From positions 1 to 38,470 of the forward strand of contig JAUCBJ010000196.1 in NCBI GenBank assembly GCA_032718475.1: a stretch of DNA of 38,470 nt, given 5' to 3'. Numbering within the stretch: position 1 is the stretch's first letter; the number at the start of each line of letters is the position of its first letter. The translations under genes were made by a program, and so were the position numbers. The notes beneath the pieces were generated by a model. It was not told the DNA's origin and ran no database searches. It was given only the letters and a program-made list of their open reading frames with translations. Below, piece by piece: positions 31,040 to 38,470 of this stretch. The DNA comes from Nemertoderma westbladi. Its lineage: Eukaryota; Animalia; Xenacoelomorpha.

Positions 31040-34000
31040 CCCTATTGAAAAGTTTTATTTTCTGCGCCGAACGCGGCGCCGGGTGCCAACAATTCTGCGC
31101 CGGCTCTGAGCAAAACCACGCCGGGTGCAAAAAGTCCTGCGCCGGCTCTGTGCAAAACCACGCCGGGTGCAAAAAATCCTGTGCCGGCTCTGTGCAAACC
31201 CACGCCCATGCCAGGTGCAAAAATCCTGTGCCGGCTCTGTGCAATGCAAAATTCTGCGCCAGGTGAAAAATCTTCCACCGGCTCTTCAAATCTGCACCGG
31301 GCTGACTGATATAAAACATAAAATCTGCCTGTTATACTGTACAGTACCTGTAGTTTATTCGGTTATCTATAATACTGCAGCTGCACTATTCCGAGTTGTT
31401 ACTTAAACGAACGAAAGTTGTGGGTGGGTGAAATGAAAATAAGGATACAGAGACGGAAAACCTTAATAAAGACAAATGCAACAAGTACAGTAGGTACGTT
31501 GTTTTATTCCAAAAGTGTAACATTACGAAACAACTACTTAGGAAACACTGCATGTAAATTTTTGTTGTCAAGTAAAGTGTACATTTTTTGAAATTACTCA
31601 AATGTTATAATATGAATTATAGAAAGAATATTAAAGACTACTTCAGTTGGCCTACAATAGTCCTTGTATTTATGTACTACGTTCTACTTTATTACATACT
31701 ACGTAATATGGTCCTATACGTCTATGCTACAGATACGGTATTTCATCTAAATGAATAATGATTAGCTGTATGTTATGTTTATTAATATCGCCAGAATAAC
31801 AATAAGATATTAATTTTTGCACATGTACGTACACGTAGGAATTGGAATTGGAATTTTTTATTAGACGTCAAATCAGCTAAAATTTACGCAATTAAAATAT
31901 GAACATTGACGATAACATAATAGAATACTGAAATAGTTAACAGAACAACAAAAGTACCGACAAGCCAATGCAAAGACCTTCAATCAGATATATATTAATT
32001 GTTCATTAAGCATCTGTACTGTACTGTATATTTATATAAAATATTGAAATATGTTACTGAAAATAAAATGGTCCAATTTAAAATAGGATAGAAATGACTG
32101 TACTGTATGTTTATAAAAAGGAAAATATTTTAATATGTTACTGAACTGAAAATACGATGGGCAGAGAATATACGTAGTTGCACGGGGTCTCTAAAACATT
32201 GAGTAATAATGATTTGTCGTCGAGGATAGCCCCATGAGACTGTGTCTCGTTTCCATGGGGGTCCTCGCTATGTGATGAAAATCTTATTGTTGTAATAAGT
32301 CCTTGAGTAAGATAAAAAATAAATTAATATAAGTAGTTAGTATTAGTATGTCTGTCTGTTTTTGTCTGCTAATTAACATTTTAAAAATATGTTTTTTCAG
32401 ATAAAAATAAATAATAAATACAGTAGATCTCAGTAGATACAGTAGATGATAAATTAAAGAGGAATATCACACAAATACAAATATAATACATACATACAAT
32501 AATAATACATACATGAATATAATACATACAATACAAATATAATAATTATTTTCACTAGTATCAAACAGTAGAAACCGAGCATTTAGAGAGAAATAAAAAT
32601 ATTGAAATGGCAGTGGCATAAAAAAGAAAAAAATAAAATAAAATACAAACAGCTACATAGAAAGAGTAATATGTTATGGTATTGAGGTTTTTTAGAACAA
32701 CACAATAAAAATAAGAAGGGGCAATTTAGACACAAATATAAAGTTCGTATTGATATATCGGATGACATGATTTTTTCGAGAAGATTTTTATTCCCATGTT
32801 GCGTACAGTAGATTAAAATAAAATGAACACATATCTGGAAAAGTATGCTAATAAGCGTATGTATGTACTATTGTAATAAAAATACGGATAATGGTATTCA
32901 GGTAAAATTAGTAAAATAATTAAAATTATAGTTTATTTACAGTACTTACAGTTGGTGCATGTCAATTATTAAAAAAAATGAAATTACAGTAAAATTAAAT
33001 TAAAAAACGGCAAAGCATACTTACAGTAGGTTCAAGGGCTTCAACAACATACAGTACTAAAGGCAAACATATTAAAAAGGACAATATTTACAATACTCTA
33101 TAGGATTCAACACAACAATACGTAGTTATACGGAACATAAATTTGGTACCGTAGGTAGTACCGTATGTCGCATAAGTAAAATATTACTGCTGAAATAAAA
33201 CGCGCAAAGTAAAGTAACTACAAAATATAGGAAAACAATTAAACATAAAAAAACACTATTTTAAAATTTAACACAAAAAAATGTTTTTTGGGATTGAAAA
33301 AATGAAAATAATAGGTACTGTAGCTAGATTTTAATAAAGATATTGTTGTATCCGAACGATATCGCTTTCGCTACTGCCACTTGGCGCACAGGAGTATCAC
33401 TAATATTCATTTTAAGGGACATTTCGCAGTTTAGTCTATTTTTGAATGTGTTCAAGCATGGAGTACCAAGGGTATTACGTACATTAACAACACTTTCCGG
33501 CACTTAATGGCAACACTTAATGGTAAAGGATTCCAAATGTTTATAACGCTGCCTGCAAAGTTGTTGCGTGTTAGCATTGGTGGAGTTAGGAACGAAACTG
33601 GAAGAAATTACTTCGCTCAATTTTGTCAATCCCGTTGATAAACTTGTATGTTGTTATAAGGTCGGCTGTACACGGCGATATATTAATGTCGGTAGTTTGA
33701 GTGCAAGTAGTCGGTTTTCATATTACAACTCAGCCAGCGATAGTACAACTGTACAAGGCGAGTGACCACACGGTGTTGTACTTGTTCAAGACGTTCAATA
33801 TTTATCATGTCAGAGGAATGGCGAATAAACAACTGTGTCGTATTCAAGGAGAGGCCGAACAAGGGATTTGTATAACAGGGTCAGAGGGTAAACATCGGAG
33901 CTTCCAAATATGTAAAAGTTCTTTGTATTAAATGTACAACTCGCATGGCGCGGGCTGCAGTCTTTGTGCAGTGAGCTGTGATGCTGTGAAGGACAAGTCT

Positions 34001-34934
34001 GGTGTAAATGTAATTCCAAAATCACGTTCCTCGGTTGCCGATAAAAGTGTCCGTCCATTCATTGTGTAAAAAGTTGCTTGGGGATTTCTAGAACATAGAT
34101 GCATGCATGACCTTGCACATGGAGTCATTGAACTGCAATTTCCAATGGTTACACATGTGTGTCGGTAATAAATTGTTTCATTATCAATAGTGCCATAGTA
34201 TAAGTCGTTTTGTTTTATTCACTGTTCAACTTCATTCTGTCTGCCTGTTTTATTATATGTGCAGTTTTATTTATACGCGTCTATGACAGCGGTGTCTCCA
34301 TCCAAATAATATAATATAAATATAGGCCTAGCTTATACTGTACAATACAGCAATATTATGTAAATAAATAAACTGACTATGACCAATAGCAATAATGACT
34401 GATCAGCTGATAGCTGGAACTGTGATAGCCCACCTGCCTACTGCTGTACTGCATAACAGCATAAGGTTAAACAGTTAAATACGTAAATAAATGACCAGTT
34501 GCAGTCAGCCAGTGCTGTAGTGTGAGTTTTCTTTCTGCCTCCTGCATGGCCAGTTGTTATTGTGTTGCTGTGCTGTTGGTCTGATGAACGCATGTCTGCT
34601 GTCTCAGTCTCACTGTCTGCCTGGTGCTGTGGTGCTAGGTTCGGCTGATTTCTGCGCCAGGCAAATATGTACGCCGGGTGTGCTGGGCTGATTCCTGCTC
34701 CGGCGCCGGGTCAATTTCTGCAGCGTCGACGCCGGGAATATTTCGACGCCTGCTGCGCCGAGCGCAGTATCTCTACCATTGCCAGTGCTCCGCCGGCTAC
34801 GCCGGCGTAGCACATCTCTGCGCCGACCCTTCCGTCTCATTGCCCGGCGTAGAACATTTCTGCGCCAGCTCCCGGCGCAAGTTCTAGTGCTGCGCCGAAC
34901 GTGCTCGGCGTACATGTAAAACTTTTCAATAGGG
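31040..34934. mobile_element. Putative non-autonomous CACTA/EnSpm-like (CMC) DNA transposon, 3.9 kb
   Basis: Perfect 17-bp TIR CCCTATTGAAAAGTTTT (31040-31056) and AAAACTTTTCAATAGGG (34918-34934). GC-rich subterminal GCGCCG repeats lie at both ends (~42-bp units at 31074-31270; clustered at 34650-34910). No TSD is evident, so the superfamily is tentative. Confidence 0.65.
33430..34130 (-). mobile_element. 5'-truncated, decayed CR1-type LINE (ORF2 C-terminus)
   Basis: Minus-strand pieces EERDFGITFTPDLSF, LYKSLVRPLLEYDTVVYSPF, LPTLIYRR, VINIWNPLP and NTFKNRL occur in the expected order, with frameshifts. Confidence 0.8.
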
Positions 34935-37900
34935 GTGGGTGGGACTGGGCATTCTTTTTGTTGAGTCGGGCTTGTCCGGAATTGGTGTACCAAGCACAAT
35001 TCCGGAAATAATGGTAGGCAATGCAGACTCAAAAGTGGATCCGATCAAAATAACCAATTATGTTGCACCAATTCCCAGATTCCAGACAGAATGAAAGTGT
35101 TACCAATGTGCTATGTCTGTGAAATGGGGTTTCAACCTATCAGCCTATTTCCTTCTTGCAAACAATGTTATATTCATATTTTGTACAAACTATGACTGCA
35201 AACCTACCACGCTACCAGCTGACCAGCATCCAGCATCGGTGATAGCTGGATAGACCTACCCCTACTCCTACTACTACCTACACCGCTACACCTCTACTGC
35301 ACTGCCCTTTCACCCTATACAGCAAGAGTACTGGAGTAGGCCTACAGCATACAGTACAGACAGACATACAGACATAACAAGACTCCGCTCAGCCTCAACC
35401 GGTCCCGTCGTTGCAGTAGGCTAGGCAAGTAGGCCGACTCTACTCACAGACTCCCCTACCTAACTGCCTAACCCAGTATGCCAGTAACCTGCTAAGGTGA
35501 GGTACCGTAATCATGTAATGCAAGAATGCAACCAGTCATTACGTTTCGGAGAATATGAAATACAAAGGAACTGCAGAACTGCACAGTCGTTCCATGTACC
35601 GGCTGAGCGGTTTAGAAAAGCAATATTGCAATCAGTATATTTACCAATGTCACGTGATCCTACTACAAACTCCCAACAGCTCTCAACACAACAATGCGCA
35701 ATTAATATTATTGGCTAACATGGGAATGGCCATCCAATAGCCAACCAACCATAATAGGGCTACATTTAATATGTGATGTTTAAATTACCAGGGCACTCGT
35801 TGTATGGTGGCTGGTGAGGGGTGGGGTGGGGGAGCTGACAAGGTCATTACAGTTTAAAGGAGATTGAGTCTGGATGGACAATAGTATATTAGACTATACA
35901 AATACATTGGCATAAAGTATTAATGTATTGTGGATTTTTTTCATAAATGAATATGATTATGTGACGAAATATTACTGTTAATTACATTATTTCTGCATAA
36001 TTATTATTATTCTATGTCCAAAATTTATGTAAATTCAAAATGTTGTAACTAAACACAAAAAGTACCAATAATAACAAATTAAATAGTACGAATATAAAAT
36101 ATCTTTATTTTTTCCAAAAAGCCAGCCATCGAGCCGAGGTTTAGGTCAAGGGACCGTATATATAGGTTATAAAGCTACTGTAAATAATTTTCATGTAATA
36201 CGTAATTTTATGCATAAGAATTTACTTTATACTTTCTGGATCGACCTCCACTGATAGCAAAATTATTTATACTGTAATTAGTAACACTTTAGTTCAATTG
36301 ACGCAGTATTAACCACGCGACCGTCACATCCGTAAACCTACGAATGGTACCTACGTGCTGGTAATGGATGCGCGTAGGTTGAATGTATCAGAATCGAGGA
36401 AGCACGACGACTCCTACTGCGTTACTGGAACCTTCCGGAATTAATCAAAGAAGAAGACCACGATAAAAAACGCAATGCAACGTTCTGCAATGATTGCTAT
36501 ATCATGAAAACCAGTATGGTTTTCAACAAAACATTAAACTCCCCAACTTAGGCATAGGCCGTGACCCAGGGCCTCCCACAACAAGGGGGCCTCCCTCAAA
36601 AATACTGTATAAGAAAAAGGTAATAAAATAAAATAAAATAACATAAATATAATAATAATAATAATACTATTTGAACTATCTTCTTTAATTCTTATGTTTA
36701 TCCAATAATGTATTTGACCTATTATAATATTTAAATATAATATTTTAACTATTGTTAATTAATACACTGTTTGAGCCTCTGAGCCAGAGGCTACTAAAGG
36801 CTACTAGCCCTTAATTTTAATTAGCAATCTGGCTTACGCCCCAGCGGCTATATTAGTCAAGGTTGATAAAATCTATATAAACGGGAACAGTTAAACGATA
36901 AATACAGACAAACAATAAAATCCCGGCTATGAATGCACGTAAGATAAAAGGATTAAAAGGATTGGGCTCATTGTCCCATGACAAACCAAGCCATTTCATA
37001 TTTAAATTACCGAACAACGTGAGAAAAAATTTCTCTCGCTTCGCTCGCATTTCACTATGTTGAATTGTGATCAATTACTGACAGTTGTAGTGGATTATGT
37101 GTCTAACATGCAAGTCAGCAAAATTATATAGTGAATAATGAGTAAATAATTTAAACCATAACCTGTGACATTATAAACTTTATATAAACGCATTATTATC
37201 ATATTATCTTCGAAACATGCATTGTTGTTAACTTTAGAAATAATTACTATTTCTGAAAGGCCGGGAAATATTTAAAATTAGCATTGACTATAAAACTGTG
37301 GCGAAAAATTTAAGGGTGGAAACACCCCCCCCCCCCCCCCCCCCCCCCAGGGGTTTTTTTAAAATTGTTTATGTCTCCAATGTAGTTGAAAAATACATAG
37401 CCAAATGAAATACCACAGAAAAGAGAACAATATACCACCGATAAGTAAACAAAAATTAAATTTTAAAAATTCTTCGCACGGTAGCCTTCAAGATATTTTA
37501 AAAATTTCACTAAAAAATCACTCCCATATTTTGCATTTTAAAAAAAAACAAATTTTTAGTCCATTTTTGGAACAAGCACTTATTCCCATATAATATATAG
37601 CAAATATATTAATAAACGGTTATGAAGTGTTCGTTGGGTGAAAAAATATCATTCCGACTTTAAAGTTAAAAATTTCCCGCACAAAACAGCCTGTCCGGGC
37701 TCCGGTTGGTTAACAATGTCTGTCATGAAGGAAGCACACCACCGAGCTAAAATTGATGAAATCTAGTCTGTCTGCTGTTTCCAGAATTTTTATACGAAAG
37801 GTGAAGGTGTATCCTATATTGGAGAGTAGTCAGATGTTGGTGCCAATTTATTACGGTATATAAGATAAAGTTTTAGGAAACTAGTTTATTCTACAGGTGC

Positions 37901-38470
37901 ATTTCTACAATAAATGTCACCTCTCACTCTCTCTATTATGTTACTCCTTACCTTTATGTTATTATTGTAACTTACTGTATATTGTATTATTGGTGATTAC
38001 GCTACTTCGCACCGTACGTACATTGTTGGTGAGACATATTCTCTAGTAAATGCCAATTATATTACAAGTCAACAAGAACCCTCTTATTTATTACACTGCT
38101 TCCGGGGTCTAACACACATCCTCGACAGGCCACTCGTTGAACCGACGGCAGGTTCCCTGAGCGAAACCGGAAGGCACGTTGGAAGGGAGGTAGGCATTTC
38201 TACTAGAGAGCGCCTAAGTGGAATCGTTTAAGCGTCTCTCGATCATCTCACCCACTCGACGAAAGATATCCCTCTGGTGACCTTTGCGGAGGAGTTCACT
38301 TACAATCCAAACTTTGTCGGATCATCAGCTCATTAGAAACAGTCTGCTTCTAGTGTTGTTTTTTGTTAACTCCAAGAAGACCAAAATTTTGACAGTTAAC
38401 TTTGAAAGTCCTCTGGAAATGTCTGATGTTATAAGTATTTTACCTTATTGTCATTTGGCGATTCGTTTAT

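Noticed and set aside
30984-31406. Several overlapping repetitive Cys/Ala-rich ORFs
   Set aside because: They arise from the ~42-bp GC-rich subterminal repeats being open in multiple frames.
32221-32267. Stem-loop CGAGGA...CCCCATG...CATGGGG...TCCTCG as an ncRNA
   Set aside because: It is more likely the 3' tail of a decayed non-LTR element, and nothing else supports an RNA gene.
36774-36807. Helitron 3' end (8-bp hairpin followed 11 nt later by CTAG)
   Set aside because: The next base is C rather than the expected T, and no matching 5' end was identified.
37325-37348. Long C and G homopolymers (also 5634-5648 and 25449-25470) as functional G-quadruplexes
   Set aside because: These are simple runs inside repeat-derived DNA, and their lengths are unreliable in assemblies.
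38090-38350. GC-richer, coding-looking patch
   Set aside because: No long open frame and no recognisable protein motif, so it cannot be assigned without a search.

Overview
AT-rich, repeat-dense eukaryotic (probably invertebrate animal) DNA; the species cannot be determined from the sequence. There are two intact host genes, each with an uninterrupted CDS: a mitochondrial glycine carrier (SLC25A38-like, 1930-2793 +) and an SCP4/CTDSPL2 phosphatase (26949-28049 +). The centre is a young, full-length 15.55-kb BEL/Pao LTR retrotransposon on the minus strand (6932-22485). It has 1209-bp near-identical LTRs, a CCTCC target-site duplication and a single 2670-aa Gag-Pol ORF, and it sits inside an older foldback-like DNA transposon. 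Two features of this element stand out. First, it has no tRNA-type primer-binding site; the 12 nt directly after its 5' LTR are instead the exact reverse complement of a 12-mer inside the LTR, which is the geometry of Tf1-type self-priming. Second, at the env position it carries a non-Env, zinc-knuckle/NLS accessory reading frame of about 482 codons split by a single in-frame TGA. The end of a second copy of the same LTR lies at 1-28. The rest consists of a 17-bp minisatellite, a MULE-like element with a nested MITE just upstream of CTDSPL2, a CACTA-like non-autonomous element, decayed RTE/L2/CR1 LINE pieces and many TA-flanked words resembling transposon excision footprints. All calls were made by eye without database searches.
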